A stretch of 63,387 bases of DNA, filler included, from Folioceros fuciformis (taxonomy: Eukaryota), in NCBI GenBank assembly GCA_049999805.1. It is 3 parts of 2 records of this genome, joined end to end, with 100 filler letters (N's around TTAATTAATTAA, not from the genome) between each part and the next. Parts side by side here need not be neighbours in the genome. Positions count along the whole stretch, not along the records: positions 1 to 30,525 come from JBNGIO010006136.1; positions 30,626 to 60,028 come from JBNGIO010006136.1; 1 more part is not named here. One strand, written 5' to 3'. This document shows, piece after piece, positions 25,433 through 42,699 of this stretch. The notes beneath the pieces are model-generated. The model was given only the letters and a program-made list of their open reading frames with translations, ran no database searches and was not told where the DNA came from. How positions within the stretch are numbered: the stretch's first letter is position 1; every line of letters starts with the position of its first letter. The translations under genes were made by a program, and so were the position numbers.

Positions 25433-26398
25433 ATGGACAGCATACCACGGGAGGAGCTGGAGCGGCTCATGTTCTTCGAGCAGGCCAGGGAAAAGGCTGC
25501 TGCCGACTACATCCGATCTCCCAAGGATCCCGATGTAAGTGTTTCTACCACTACACTGCCAGGACAAAACAGGTGTCCATTATCATCTAACAGTCTACCT
25601 TGTCCAGAATTTGACACGATGGGGAGGAGCCTTGCTGGAGTTGGCACAGTTTCGCCAAGGCCAGGACTCAATCGACATGGTTCAAGGTGAGATCTCCACT
25701 CCCGTACCCTTCTCCACTGGCAGTAAGAGTAGGACTTTTGTGAAACCTGTGATGCGGTTGTTGCAGATGCTGTGTCTAAGTTGGAGGAAGCATTACGGAT
25801 AAATCCGAAGAAGCATGATGCCCATTGGTGTCTGGGGAACGCGTATACTTCACAGGGCTTTCTCGTCTCCGAAACCGATAAGGCGAACGAGTACTTCCGA
25901 AAAGCAGTGCGATGCTTCCAGCAAGCTTTGGATGAGGTGGGACGGCTTGCATCCGTGCATCCTTGTTATATAACCAGCTTGCTCTGCTCAGCTGTTCAGC
26001 CCCGAAGTTCATGACCTTTTCAATCCCTTGCAGGAGCCTTCCAGCGAGTTGTATCAAAAGGCCCTGGAGATGACACTAAAGGTGTGTTCCACTACCCGTT
26101 TTATCACAGACTTGCACGGCCATGGTGGTCACCTGACGGAAGTGACTCTTCCTCAATTCAGGCACCTGCGCTGCATCAGGAGCTTCAGAAGCAGTTGGCC
26201 TCCCAGCAGGTGGGTGTGGGCGGCGGAGGTGGAGGATCTCTTGGCGCGGGCACATCCAAGGCCGGCAAGAAGAAGAAGAAGAACAGTGACTTTAAGTACG
26301 ACGTGCTAGGGTGGGTGGTGCTGGCGGCAGGAGTTGTTGCTTGGGTAGGGTTAGCGAAGTCTTCCATGCCACCCCCTCCTCCTCCAACCTTGAGATGA
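25433..26398 (+). CDS. TOM20: Mitochondrial import receptor subunit TOM20 (plant type), multi-exon
   Basis: Motifs [26 protein letters not shown] and [27 protein letters not shown]-terminus [15 protein letters not shown] followed by a transmembrane segment and poly-Pro. Confidence 0.95.
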
Positions 26399-26994
26399 GA
26401 AGTAGCTATGTCGGGAGTGGGGAAAAGGCAAGAAAGAGGATAGACCTCACGGCGTGTAAAGTTGTAGGGTCTTCCATGAAATGTGTCTGGCGACAGGAGT
26501 TGATCCTTTGGTAGGATGAGCCAACGTATCTTGTTTCGCTCCCTCCTCTAACGTCGAGATCAAACCAGATATGGTAGCGTGTTGGGGAAAGGTGAATAGA
26601 GTCGACAGTACGGGGGGCCATGTCGTCGGGAGACATGTATGTAAATAATAAGGCAAAGCAAAACTGTCCACCTGTTGAACGTTTTTCACAACACGAGCAT
26701 ATCATGGGAGTGACTTTCCCGGAGCCGAAATTAATGCAAATGCAAGCTAATTGGACGTTGGCTGACCGCCCGGGGTTTTTATGTCTCGAGGTTGCCACTG
26801 TCGAATTTATTATTTTTACAGCAAGCTACAAATATTCCTGCCTGCCGTCCCCTTCTTTGAGGCCTTTTCTTGCTCGCTGTGCTGTCGTGTGCTTCGTCTC
26901 GGACAGCCCATCCAGGACTTGACGACTTGAGGGGCCGTTCGGCTGGTTGATCGACTACCCGGACGCGGCTGGCCAGGAGGAGGAGGCAGACGAC

Positions 26995-28332
26995 ATGGCG
27001 GAAAAAAACGAGAAGAAGGCTTCTGTGTCCGATGTCGGTGCCTGGGCCATGAATATCAGCAGCTCCGTGGCGATCATCATGACTAACAAGCAAGTGATGC
27101 GATCGACTGGATACGATTTTGTGTTTGGTATGCCTCGTATTGCTCCCTCTCCTCCTGTTGCAAATTGCCTTTTGCCCTCATTGCTTCCAGCTTAATTTGT
27201 TGTGGATGTTGTTCCAGCCACATCGTTGACAGCCTTCCACTTCACCCTAACGTCCTTGGTGGGATTCATTCATCGGGCCTCTACCAAAGCATCGGCCAAA
27301 ACTGTGCCCTTTTGGGATCTCTTCTGGTTTTCTTTAGTCTCTAACTTGTCCATCGTTGCGATGAATTCCAGTCTGATGCTCAACTCTGTTGGGTTCTATC
27401 AGGTACTGCTCGCTCCTCGCCCTTGGTTTCGTCCGCAGTTTGCAATGCTTTTCCTCATATCTCGTATTCGTTGCAGATCTCTAAGCTTAGTATGATCCCG
27501 GTCGTGTGCGTGCTGGAGTGGCTTCTTAATGGCAAAACATACACCAGGCAGATTAAGGTGGCCGTGCTCATTACCATGCTTGGTGTGGGAGTTTGCACCG
27601 TGACCGATGTGAAGATCAACCTGAAAGGGTTGCTGACCGCAATAATCGCCGTTTTAGCTACGGGCATTCAACAAATAGTAAGCAATCGTTGACTCCTTTG
27701 TCCGCTCAGTGTTCGTGATCAGATCTATTCGTGCTGACTTGTGGCCGCCTTTTCTGCAGTTTATTGGCTCGCTACAGAAGAAGCACAACATCGCGTCATT
27801 CGATCTCCTGAGCAAGACGGCCCCCATGCAAGCTGCATCGCTGCTGCTGCTTGGCCCCTTTGTGGACTACATTCTGACTGGACGGAGTATCTTGAACTAC
27901 TCCCTTTCGTGGGGAGCCACCGTAAGTCTAGCCATCTTTTCTCTCTCATCCTTGTTTCTGCTGATATCCGGAGTCCTCATATTGGAGTCTGTTGTACAGT
28001 TTTTTATTGGCCTCTCCTGCGTACTCGCCGTCTTCTGCAATATGAGCCAGTATATGTGCATCGGCCGCTTCTCAGCAGTAACTTTCCAAGTGTTAGGCCA
28101 CATGAAGACTGTTTGCATCTTGATTCTCGGCTATCTCCTCTTCGACTCAGCTTTATCTCTGAAAAACACGTTGGGAATGGCCGTTGCCATAGTCGGCATG
28201 TTCGTGTACCAATGGGCTGTGGAGCAAGCCAAAATTGCTGCGTTGATGAAGGATGCTAGTTTTTCAGAGGACGAGCTTACTTTGCTAAAAAGTGGGCCGG
28301 AGAGTAAGGATGTAGAAGGTGGGTTAAGATAA
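26995..28332 (+). CDS. Nucleotide-sugar transporter, UDP-rhamnose/UDP-galactose transporter (URGT) family, multi-exon
   Basis: Motifs SVSDVGAWAMNISSSVAIIMTNKQVM, SLMLNSVGFYQISKLSMIPVVC and QYMCIGRFSAVTFQVLGHMKTVC. Confidence 0.92.
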
Positions 28333-30569
28333 AGGGAAGGATCAGCGTTTGTGCAATGATCTCACACAACTGTGTGTTATGTTCACTGAAGATGCAGGCG
28401 AGCAAGCATATACAATCTGTTGTAACCATGGGTGCAGCACATTGTGTGCTCCTTGGAATCCAGGAAGCGCACCGTGAGTCCGAACGGAGTAATTTTGCAG
28501 TATCGCCAGTCCGGAAAGGCCAGGTGTTCCTTTCGTTTTTGGCAAATGCACTGCAATAGATACTCCATAGAGAGCCATTTGGACACCATTCATCTGTTAA
28601 TTTGAGAGGTGCGGCAGGCATCTCTGATTTAACATTCCCTATTCATTCGTTCTCTTGGAAGTCCTTGTGGCAGTTGTCAGTTATAAGGCATTTGACATCC
28701 CTGATGTTGAAACCGGTGACGACTTTATGTCGGACACATACATAAAGCGAAGATGAGTCTCTGAGCAATTACTGACAACGTTACCAAAGTCCACAGAGCA
28801 GGAGGTCAAGCCTTTCCAAAAGAGAAATTCAGCACCAGCTGCTAAAGCCATGGCCACCACAATGTTTTCATTATGTGATACATTGCTTCATATACATGTC
28901 ACCGCTTCCTGGAAGGACACGTATCATCATTCTGGTAAATAAGGAGCTTTGCAACAATCCTTTCCTGCGTGAAACAAAGCTCGGACGTCACACTCACTAG
29001 TCATGATTGGCATTTCTCATCGACAAAACCTGAGAAAATATTTAAGCCCTAGGTGGAATCCGTAAGTCCTTCTGCTATCCAAAACTCTGCTGCAATGGCA
29101 ACAAATGACACGATACTGGACCAAGCCTTATCAGTTCTTAGGACAGAAGCCACACCCTCTGGCGTTCTCACCTTAAAAACATGGATTGGGCACAGGACGA
29201 AATCACGTCACGGCACAAAGAGTCGGAAGAATAGAGGACCTGAGCAGCCGAAACACTGCTAATCATCAAAGGCTCTGAGTACTTCAGAACACAACGGGCG
29301 GGGGCCTACCAGTGGCTAGCCCACCCGCAGATCACCTAAAGCAGACAAAGTCAAAGATGATAACACTGACCGGTAGAAGAGCGGGTTCCTCAGTGCAAAC
29401 CTGGAACCACGAAGTTCAAAGACACATTTTTCTCACTACCAGAGCTCTGATCACCAGCGCACTTTTAAAGGACTAGTGCGGTATTTGTGCCAAACGGCAC
29501 CAAGTTGGTCCCCCCCCCCCCCGCCCCACCATACTCTGCCTTGGCAAGTGTCGGACGATACCTCATTGGGCACATCGTTTTACACCTTGGACAATCTGAA
29601 AACAAAACTAGGCAGAAGCAATTATGCAATTTTTTGGTCAGTACTTCACTTACAAAGGATTCAGGCACCCATACATGACCTTCCCCTTCATAGGAGAGCA
29701 AATAAAATTCTGGCAATTTGACCAGGCAAGCGCTGACGTTTGACACTGTGCATGAGCGTTGAAAATCATTAGTATCACACACCGGTGTCTTCATTTTGAA
29801 AAAGGCCTAGCAACCACGTGAATGGTATTAGAGTTTCACCATGGGCAATGTGTCATCTTGCTCGTTCTTGGACCGATTGGGAGCAAAAATTCGACACTGC
29901 AGCCATAACCACCATTAACATCTGTTTCCAACTTTATACAGGATGGAACACAAAGGGTTCTCCAACATTCAGGTTCTAAGAAAACATGCACCTAAACACA
30001 GGAACTATGCTTCATCTATCGAAAAAAAACGCTCAGCTAGGTGCCTTTAAAAGCCGTCGTAGCATTCTCCATAGACTGCAAGACGTCTTGGAGACGCCTT
30101 CGAGTTTCTTCTCAAACACATCTGTATCTTCCACTGCCCACTCTAATGTGGATAATGGTTTAATTCTTTCTTGAAACGGGGCAAAACCTCATAATAATGT
30201 ATACGCTTGGTGCAAATTCAGCGCAACGCTTGTTGACGTCAATTCCCTATCTTTAACAATGTCATTATCAATTTTAGCATAAAACCACTTTGAATGTACC
30301 AATGAGAAAATGTAGAAAAAAAATAGTGAAAACTAAGGGTAGGGAGCCGACATGTCAGGGCCCTGCCCCTCATACTTTTCTTCTTTATACCAGCCTACAT
30401 TAATTTATATATTAAGATATTTACAATCTATATGTTTAAGTTATATAGTTGAGTGGTTAAGTTAGAAGCCTTGCATAGGGTAGCGTAAATAGGATCGATA
30501 GCGTAGGAAAGAATTGAGAATCAAANNNNNNNNNNNNNNNNNNNNNNNNNNNNNNNNNNNNNNNNNNNN

Positions 30570-30581
30570 TTAATTAATTAA
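30570..30581. other. Artificial scaffold linker TTAATTAATTAA inside an N-gap (also at 60073-60084)
   Basis: An identical 12-mer with stops in all six frames sits centred in two 100-nt gaps. Confidence 0.9.
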
Positions 30582-30625
30582 NNNNNNNNNNNNNNNNNNN
30601 NNNNNNNNNNNNNNNNNNNNNNNNN

Positions 30626-33068
30626 CTCTGGAGCTGTGGGGCAATGTCAGAGCTCTAGCCTTGGACCGATTGCCACAAGGGATTGTGGGTGTGCAGTATT
30701 TCGACCTGCGCCACGCCAGGGAGGCTCTCCGGGAGATTCAGCACCAGCATCTGCTCCAGCAGCAGCGGATGCATCACAAGCTCCAGGTTATGCATGATTA
30801 TGGGCCGCACCACCAGCAGGTGTGGTTTGGTGGTGAGGACTTGCCGCCTGTGGGCGATGCATCTTACTCCATGGATCTTCATAATAGAGGCTTGATCTGC
30901 GGGAAGGCCGTTTGGGCTCAGTATACTTCGCCAGCGGAAGTACCTGTGGCGGGGCCAGATAGTATGAATCAAGGTACTCTTGTGGTGTTCAATTTGGATG
31001 CTGACACGTCCCTCGAAGATTTGCAGCAAGCGTTTGAACGTCATGGTGAGTTCTGCCCGCCCTTTCTTGAGTACTGCAGTGCACACTTTCTTTTTCTTGT
31101 TCTTTCTCAAGCTTTTATCATCATTCAGGCATGGGCGTGGGTGCCCCCCATTCAGAGCACATCTGAGGCTTCCTCCCTCCCTCTGTATTCTGTGCAGGTA
31201 ACGTGAAGGAAGTTAGAGAGACACCACTGAAAAGGCAGCATAGGTTTGTTGAATTCTTTGATGTCCGGGATGCAGCCCGGGCATTGACTGCTATGGACGG
31301 CCAGGAGATCGCTGGCAAGAGGGTGAAGATAGAGTTCAGCCGGCCAGGAGGGGCAGCTCAAAGACAATTACGGGAGGCTCAGGAAGCGTATGCTCAGGCC
31401 CAGGCTCAGGCTCATGCAGATGCCGAGGCTGGCCAAGCTGTATCTTACGTGGATGCGGCGGTGAATGCAAGCTCAGTACCTGGTCCATCTCACAGAGGCG
31501 CAGTGTACGTGCCCCGGTGGGGTCCTGGAGGGGGGATTCCTGCTGTTCCCCCCTTATCTTCTGGCCTCCCGAGCAATGTTCCACCCATGTGGTGGGGCAA
31601 TCACAACGGGGCTTCTGGATCCTCGGGTGAGAATTTGGGACATGCACGCCACACTCAGACCACCGTGCCTGTGCCTGTGCCTGTTCCTCCGCCTGCAACG
31701 GGTCAGGCTGTTCCTCCCGGACCAGGGATACTCTCACTCACGGAGCAACAGCAGGCTTCAGGTGTTGGGAGAGGGACAGGTGGAAGTAATGTGCAGACTA
31801 GGAGCGTCGGAGGTGNNNNNNNNNNNNNNNNNNNNNNNNNNNNNNNNNNNNNNNNNNNNNNNNNNNNNNNNNNNNNNNNNNNNNNNNNNNNNNNNNNNNN
31901 NNNNNNNNNNNNNNNATACAACTTCGTGGGAAGGAGGCGGGGTGGGGCAGGGGGAAATGGTGGCAGCTTCAGACATCCTAATAACCGTGCCAACAATGGG
32001 AGAACATCAGGGGATGGAAGCGTTGGTTCCAGAGATGGCCGTCGGAGTGGAGTGTCCGGGCCTTCATCCCGCAGTCCTGCACGCGATGTCCAGCAGTCTC
32101 AGTACGTGTTTGACGAAAGGGAGGCGGTGACCAGTGACAACCCTCGCACGACAGTGATGATCAGGAACATCCCAAACAAATACTGGTACTGCCGTCATTT
32201 GGTTTTATTTTGCTTTCTTTGGGCTGTTGTGAAAACTGAAAGCTAGCTAGCTAGCGTGATGTTGATGTGTGTTGTCGTTCTTGTGTTGCGATGACAATAC
32301 GACAGCCAAGCTATGTTGCTGAACCTTCTGGACGATCACTGCGCTGCGGAGAACAGACGCATCATAGAAGCCAACGAGCGACTGCAGAGGCTAGAAGTCG
32401 ACAGCAAACGCAACACAGAGGGCGAGAGCAGCCGCGCGGCAGAGAATCGACCACGACCGGAACCTGAGTCGGCCTACAACTTCGTATATCTGCCCATTGA
32501 TTTCAAGTAAGTGCCGTTGGGTGTGCCGGGTTGGAACGCAGGAAGGAGGTGGGTGAACATGGACTGACTTACTTAACCCATTTGTCCTACTGTTTGTGTA
32601 CTACGCAGGAACAAGTGCAATCTGGGGTACGCGTTCGTCAATCTCACCACAGTGCAGGCAGCGGTGAGGTTGTATCGGGCATTCGATTCGCAGGCGTGGC
32701 ATGCGTTCAATTCTCGCAAAGTGTGTCAAGTCGCGTATGCTCGTATTCAGGTGCGTCATCTCTCGCTCTGCCTCTCTGTCTTTCTGCCTCTCCCTCTCCC
32801 CCTCACCCTCATGAGCCCTGCCCTGCCCTGCCTGCTGCGTACCGGACTCGTCTCAAACCTTTTGATGATGACAAGTCTGGCAGCTTCCAATTCACATGAC
32901 CTTGATTGGTGGGTTTTGCAGGGATACACAGCTCTGGTGGAACACTTTCGAAATTCGCGCTTCGCGTGCGACACGCGCGAATATCTGCCGCTGAACTTCC
33001 CCACGCCTCGGACTGGACTGGTCCGCCCCGAACCTGAAACTGCTGCAACTCACCTGGCTCCTCGTTGA
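30626..33068 (+). CDS. Mei2-like RRM protein of the TERMINAL EAR1-like (TEL) clade; 5' end lost in a gap
   Basis: RRM1 remnant VQYFDLRHAREAL. RRM2 NQGTLVVFNLD...RFVEFFDVRDAARAL. RRM3 RTTVMIRNIPNKY...[insertion]...[22 protein letters not shown]...CQVAYARIQG. The RRM3 insertion is characteristic of the TEL clade. Confidence 0.9.
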
Positions 33069-33531
33069 GGTTGTCGGCACCGCCATGGCGGCTCTCGCCA
33101 CACGGACGGCAGCTCAACACATTACTGAATAATCATGCTCTTTTCATTTGTAACACAATTACATACTAAATTTAACAGTAGGTACCGAAACTTCTGTCGT
33201 GTCCCGTTACAGCAGCCGCCGCCGCTCCAGCCGCCGCGGCCGCCGCCGCGAGTTGCACTGCATGTACGACGCCCTATGCAATCATTTTCGTGATAACATT
33301 GGCTGCTCCCACTCATTATGACACCCTGCCGGCCCCACCCACATGAATTGCGCTTGCAGATTCCACGATCAGTGTCGGAGCCGATACTCCACAACGTACC
33401 GTATCACTGATAACCTATGTCTTATGAGCCGTGCGTATGTGTATCCCAAAGTACGAATACGTACAAATTCGAAACTACGCATCTCAATCTCATCGTTACG
33501 CCGATGCACACACGTTTCAGTCCCCACAAGT

Positions 33532-36226
<2,695 letters not shown>

Positions 36227-38021
36227 AGCCTGCCGCGAAGGTTGCCAGATTTAATTTCCTTTGGCACCTGCCAGACCACACGGCCTTCATTGCTCCAACA
36301 CAAAGGCTTCCGAATGTTTCATTAAATTTTATAAAGTTTTATAGAAATAAGGTGTTCCCATTCAAGAGATAAAAGGTGAATGTGTACACCCAATGGGAAG
36401 AGATAAGGGGATGATAAGACACGAAGGTGCATTATTGGACATTGCTCAAATAAGTTGCACGCAATGACAATGGCCTTCCTTGAGGGCACTTTGCAAAGGA
36501 GTTGATAGATACCCTCAAGAGGGTTTGTTCTACACTGAAGCTGAGTTTCACGGTAAAAGTCAAGTTCATAGCTGCATAGAAACCAAAAAGCCAAGTTCAC
36601 TATCGTGTTGAAGCCAAGAAGTTAAGTTCACCGTTGCACTAAAGCTGAGAAGCAGAGTTGACTACTGCGTTGATGCCGAGAACATGAGTTGTCCCCTTGT
36701 AATGTGAGTCATTTAAAGATGAACTTGTTGGATAATGCAAGTGAGTACATTGTAACCTTAGGCACACTATGATCATGTTTGTATATTCACCCAATTCAAT
36801 CATGTTATTGATTATTGGTTGTGAACGTTCGAAGTGGGTTCACAAGAAGAAGAGGATTTGCATATTGACCCGCTTCAAACATTATGAAATTCTTACTAGG
36901 TATGTTATTATAGAAGTTTTTGGGCGATTGCAAGGTCAAAATTATGTCTAGTAGCTCATGCCCACTACGCCAACACAATTGAAAGATATTGCAAGTTCAC
37001 ATACCCACAATGGGCTAACATGTAGCACACAAAAAAGGAAACCTTGTTATGGGCTTCCTACCCTTCATGGTTGTTGTGTTTTGAAGAGATCGAAAGGTCT
37101 TGCAACATGTCATAAATTATCCAGTCTTGGTTGCAACAAAGGCAAGCACCATGGTTGCACCTTGCTTTGTTCATTGCTATAACCTTGGCCCTTGAAGTCG
37201 TCATTGTGAAGTTCTAGCTAGATTGAGGATACTCTATATGTGATATGTGAGTTATGCTGAACAAGTGTGTCTTGTAGAAAAATGTGTGAAGCATACAAAC
37301 CCTAGAAGAAAGTTTTTGTGTGGTACCATGAGCGCATGAACAAAAAGGTGTGAAGAGAAAATATTCCTTGCCCAGAATGTACCATGCATTGGCATCTTAT
37401 GACCATGGAATAAATCGTAAAATAAAGTATCTAAAAAAAATACTATAATACATTTCCATATGAAATACCTCCAAGAAAAAAAGAAGAGCTGATATGTAAT
37501 CAGTTTTCCATATACCTCATAATTAGTTTAATTATCTAATCCTAATATAAAAACATAAGAATAGAAAATATGTCTCCATGTTTGGACCAGGAAGATTAGG
37601 TGGTAGGTAAAGTAGATTTAGTGGCTATGTTTTTCTCACAAAAATATCATTTACTTTAGATGTGTTCTTGGATTCCTCTACACTTGTGTATCCTTATCTA
37701 ACAGCTAGTTTGTGCCGGTGATAGAAGATGCTCTCCTTGGCAACGTGAGAAAGGAGACGTCTCCTTTTCCGCATGCCACAATAAGCAGACTAAAACTGGA
37801 TTCCTTCAATTAGATATCAAGAGATGTCACAAAACTGGCCAGGAAACCAAAAAGAACAACTTAATCCTTTAGGGTTAAGTGGCTACGAAACAACAACATT
37901 CTTGATGCTACATAATCCAAAAAGGAAATTTAGGAAGCGAGAGATCCACACAGCCGAAATTCCGGATGAACACAAACGCGTGACCACAGCCATCAACGGG
38001 CACAACCCTGCTCTAAGTCTG

Positions 38022-40770
38022 CTAAGTGGTCAAAATCTCCGGGAGGCTGATTGAACCCTTCGAGCCCTTGACAGCTGCTGAGGTGTCAGGGAAGAACTCC
38101 AGGCCATTCGGCAGGTCAGTCACTGCACCGTCTTTCGTAACTTCGACTGGAAACGATAACAGATGACCAGGCAAGTCAACGATCTCTTCTCCTGCATACA
38201 ATTCAAGCAAGCGATCCGCCTGCCTATTGACTTCCCTGATGCAGTCCAGGCTTGAAGGGTCTGCAAAGACCTCGTCCAACCGCCCCAGATGCTCATACCA
38301 CAGCGACTGTCTGAAACCATGAACGGCACCTCGGGGCAGCTGGTCGGTTATCAGATGATGAGGTTGATATGCCCCAATTGCAATCTCAGAATCCCGTGCA
38401 CCATCCATGGAGCGTTGATTAATATTTGCCGATCCTACAATGATATATTCATCATCCACTGCAGAGGAGGTTTCACATCCAAACAAACCATGTATTAGGT
38501 GTCACAGCCTACTACTAAAGCTACCAAAGATTGCAATAGGCATGTCATCAGTGTAATTAAGACATCACAAACTGGAGCTCACCGATCATCATCTTCGAAT
38601 GAACGTAGATCATAAAACGCCGATTATCTTGCGCCTTTTGATAGTCACTTCCAGGCTCAGGGGATTTTGAAGGCAGATACTCCACACCTTCCTTCGTTTC
38701 ACGGTTGCCAAGGCAGAAAAACGTCAAGTAGTCACGAGGATTTTCATCCTCGATCTGCTCGGCGCGCAAAGCTTCTGCTATGTACTTGTACATCATCTGC
38801 TGCGTTTTCCTCATCCAGTCCAGGATAGCTTGCACAGAAGCACTTTCAGGCACACCTTCAGGCCACATGGGAACCACAACATAAACAGCAAAACGTTCTC
38901 TTGCTTCAATCTTGCTGACAATCTTGAGTGCAAGCTCAATTGGAATGAGATGTGAAGCTCCTGCGTGCTGATCCTCAGGCCAGGCAAAGCAGCTCCCCAG
39001 AAAGTACTGGTTTTCGATGTAGATGTAGTTTTTCGCTCGCCGGATGGCATGGACGTAAGCGTCATGAATGCTCTTGTCTATTGTGTTGTTCTTCCCACTC
39101 ATAAGACCAGCCTTAGCAGCATCATGAGGATTCTCAGGAAATCCAGCTGCAGCGCCTGCATCAATCGATCGGAAAAGCTGCACATTCCAGCTCTCCGGGT
39201 CGTCACCGCTGGTAACTTCCGTGGGAGGTCCCATGTTGGGAATAGTTCTGATATCCTTCAGGGTATCATCCCCCTTACCCTGCTTTCTCCAGCGCTGTTC
39301 GAAGTTGTACAGAACATCCCACGCCACAGGACCCTCCATCCTGGAATGAATATCATGCCAAGGCTCTCTGGGACCACCACACTCAATGGTTGCCCCAACG
39401 AAGTTTGGCTGGTGGAAATCCGAATGGTTCACAGAGTCTAGCGTCCTGAAGAGGGAATGACGTTGATCGTCATAACGGCCATCACAAAGATCAATTCCGC
39501 CAACAAAACTGACGATACGCAAGTCCTCGGATCCACCAGGCGAAGGAGCGTCAACAATGACGGTCTTCTGGTGATGCGTGAACATGAACTTGATCTCACT
39601 GCCCTGGACAAAACTGAGGGAATCATCGGGATCCCGCGGACAAAGCACACAATTGACTTGGGTGTCACGGAAATACTCACTCGTATCTTCATCGTGAGTA
39701 GCCATGAGCCCATCCTTCTTCAGCGAACCGACCGAAGTTCTGTCATCCCAGACCAGAAGGTTGACTCTAACCCCTTCGTCGGCCTTCTTCTTCAACAGAT
39801 CTCCCAAAGTTAACCCTTCGTCTCCCGGAACAGGCCTCTCCGGGTCCCGGATCAAGGTTATCTTAGTGTAGACAGACCATCCAGTGATGTAAATGATGTT
39901 CTTGGCATTGTGGATGGCTTCAAACACATCCTCCCAACACCTGCCAGGCCTGAAGGCCAGGCCACCGTCCAGCTGCACGTCGGGAGAGAAGTCATTGGCG
40001 GCATGCGTGTCCTGATAGAGTGTGACCCTGCAACCAGTCCTCTGAGGGAAGTACGTGTAGGGAACGCCGGGATAAGTAGGGACCTTAATTCCCGCTCCCC
40101 AGTGATCATCGTGTCTGGCCTCAAAAAACTGCAGTCGAAATCTGAGCTTGGCATCGCCAATCTTGTCACCGTTCCCCTCATCCTTAAACAGATCGTACCA
40201 CCCCTCCACCACCTCTCCTCCCAGCAGATCAGAGGCTACCACTCTAGCCGTGCCGAGCACATCCGCCCCGATAGTATTGCTGTCCTTGATGCTCAAACAA
40301 ACGTAGTCCACGCTGTGAGCACAGTAAATATGGAAGTCCTCATTCCAGACAGGATTAACAGGCACCTTCTCAATCACACGGGTGCGGCCAACTGTGGCAT
40401 TCTTCCCCAAGTTGATGGTGCAGTACAGCCTGCTCGCTCCCTTTCCAAACCCGACTGCCTCCTCGATGTTCTCTACAAGCTACAATGCAGCAGACAAAAA
40501 TGTCAGGTACGCAACCGAAAAGCCAGAAAGCTCTAGTCCATACCGTCTTACACACAGAAACTAGGCGCCCCCGGCGTTTCCGGTAATACAGATCTGCAGC
40601 GCCAAGGACTGGATGCATGATAGCAAGGCAGAGACAGATGAGCTGAGATGCCGAAGACATACCTTTCTGATGAACTTGGGAGCGCCGCCCGTGGTTCGCT
40701 CCGGATCGATGAGGTCTTGAGCCTCGTACACGGAGACGAACAAAGTCCCGTGAAGCAGGTAGAAAGCCAT
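38022..40770 (-). CDS. PLDa: Phospholipase D alpha-type (C2-PLD)
   Basis: N-terminal C2 ([13 protein letters not shown]), two HKD motifs (HHQKTVIVD and HSKMMI|VDD), [30 protein letters not shown] and C-terminal LPEILTT. Confidence 0.96.
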
Positions 40771-42699
40771 GGTCGGAGCGGTCTCGGTCGGCTTCAGCTC
40801 GGATGGAGCTCAGCTTCTCCTCCTGCTCCTACTCGAGTCTGCTCTCACGCTAACCTCAACCTGGCGGAGTACAGTAATAGCGACTCAGCGGCGGAGTCTG
40901 GTAGAGAGAAGTCCGCGTGCCGCTTTTCCAGGAGATACCTACTGTACGCGCCAACTGATCTTGCACAGGGAACTAAAACGAAATGGCTTATAAATGTAAA
41001 AGTGTCGAACTCAAATTGCATGGCTATGGCGTGACAAAGGGTTGCACACGTAAAATTCTCACACTCAGATTCGATAGCTGTGGAATACGAAAGGGAGAGA
41101 GGGGGCTCCTTTTTTCATTATTATCCTATGGGTATTTTACACACATTTTGTGTTTGGCCAATGTGGTGTATGTCCAATACGGACACCCGAAGCTGCCAAT
41201 GTGACTAAAACATATGGAGAAATCGATCTGCTTGGCCACTTCTAAAAAAAGAACAAAAAGTATGCCCTTTGCCCACATGCCCAACTAATGAATGACCAAC
41301 CTATGTGGCTATGGTGAAAAGATTTGACCAAGAAACCAATCAACCTGTGCATTTAGGCTAACTAGCCACTGTTTTCCATCCCTACTTTAAGGATAATGTG
41401 CCACCACCTACTAGGCAAGGATGCAACCACCAAGGCTCTTATTGTATTTGCCATTCAATGACAAAAGGCATCAAAGCATCATTGCCAGTCTAAAAAAACC
41501 ATCATAAGGCTACAATAGCATCAGGCTAAAACAAAATCAGTAACTTCATGTCTGCCATTCCTACACTTGACAACAACATCGATAGTCTGTAGCCAAGTCG
41601 AAAATGATTTTGTTGCTTGCTCAAGCATTTCTTGTTTAGGAGAGAAGAACAAATGTGGAGAGTTGTCAAGGGTTTTAAGGCATAGGCAAAAGGAAGTGAG
41701 TCTAGGAGTGATACTAGCAAGCAATGAATGTCATTTAGATGTGTTGAAAGTAGGTTGGGTGAGGAAGACACAGTGCGTATAGTTGTATGGTTGCTATGGT
41801 ATAATGTGGACTCGTTTTTTTGTGAGCCTTGAACTACGAACTATGTTGTTGTAACTGAACGAATACCTTACTCTATTATTGTATGATGTCTTCGTGTGAG
41901 TAGAGGTTCCTCACAAGCCTACATTATACCTTTATCTCATTAAAGCTTCATACACATCTAACTTTAACGTCTTTGTCCAATTCTTGCTCGAATCCAACAA
42001 ACATTCTTAGACTAAGATCTCACATATATAGCAAAACAACAACATATATAATCCCCTTTGGTTAGAAGCTGAGAACCCTTTTCATATCTCTCTCTCTAGT
42101 TCATCTTACTAATGACCTTTATCAAATGTTTGAATTGTGAACCTCTTTGAATAGCACCTTGGGAGAATGAGGTTTCTCCTAAAAACTCTTTTTTACACTA
42201 TTCGAACAGTGTAAATGCAACCCAAAAGTTACAATTCCACCTATTAAATGATTTCAAAAGACTTTTCAATTGTAAGCCATTCTAAAGAAATAAGCAAATC
42301 GGGGATACCCATTTAAAGGAAGATAGAATCCACGGCATAATAATCACAAAAAAATTATTATTTACAAGTTGGTACTTTTAAGTCTGAAACCTAATATAAA
42401 AAAAGAAAAAAAAGAAAACAGTGGTCGATGGATGCAAACTAATGCACGCCACCACTACATTTCTCACTCAAACTATCTCTGTAAAACCTCNNNNNNNNNN
42501 NNNNNNNNNNNNNNNNNNNNNNNNNNNNNNNNNNNNNNNNNNNNNNNNNNNNNNNNNNNNNNNNNNNNNNNNNNNNNNNNNNNNNNNNNNGCACGCCACC
42601 ACTACATTTCTCACTCAAACTATCTCTGTAAAACCTCTTGGTCCTCTATGGCTTGACAATTTTGATGTTCGGTCATAGGAACTATTATATCGTTATTCA

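Noticed and set aside
30570-30581. Identical TTAATTAATTAA motif here and at 60073-60084
   Set aside because: Embedded in N-runs; an assembly linker, not biological sequence.
38811-40536. Long alternative-frame and antisense ORFs over PLD (similar ones over WD40, IFT88 and the 60-61 kb ORF)
   Set aside because: Shadow ORFs of GC-rich coding sequence with no protein-like motifs.
42444-42637. 47-bp direct repeat flanking a gap
   Set aside because: The same sequence ends one contig and starts the next, so it is probably an unmerged overlap.
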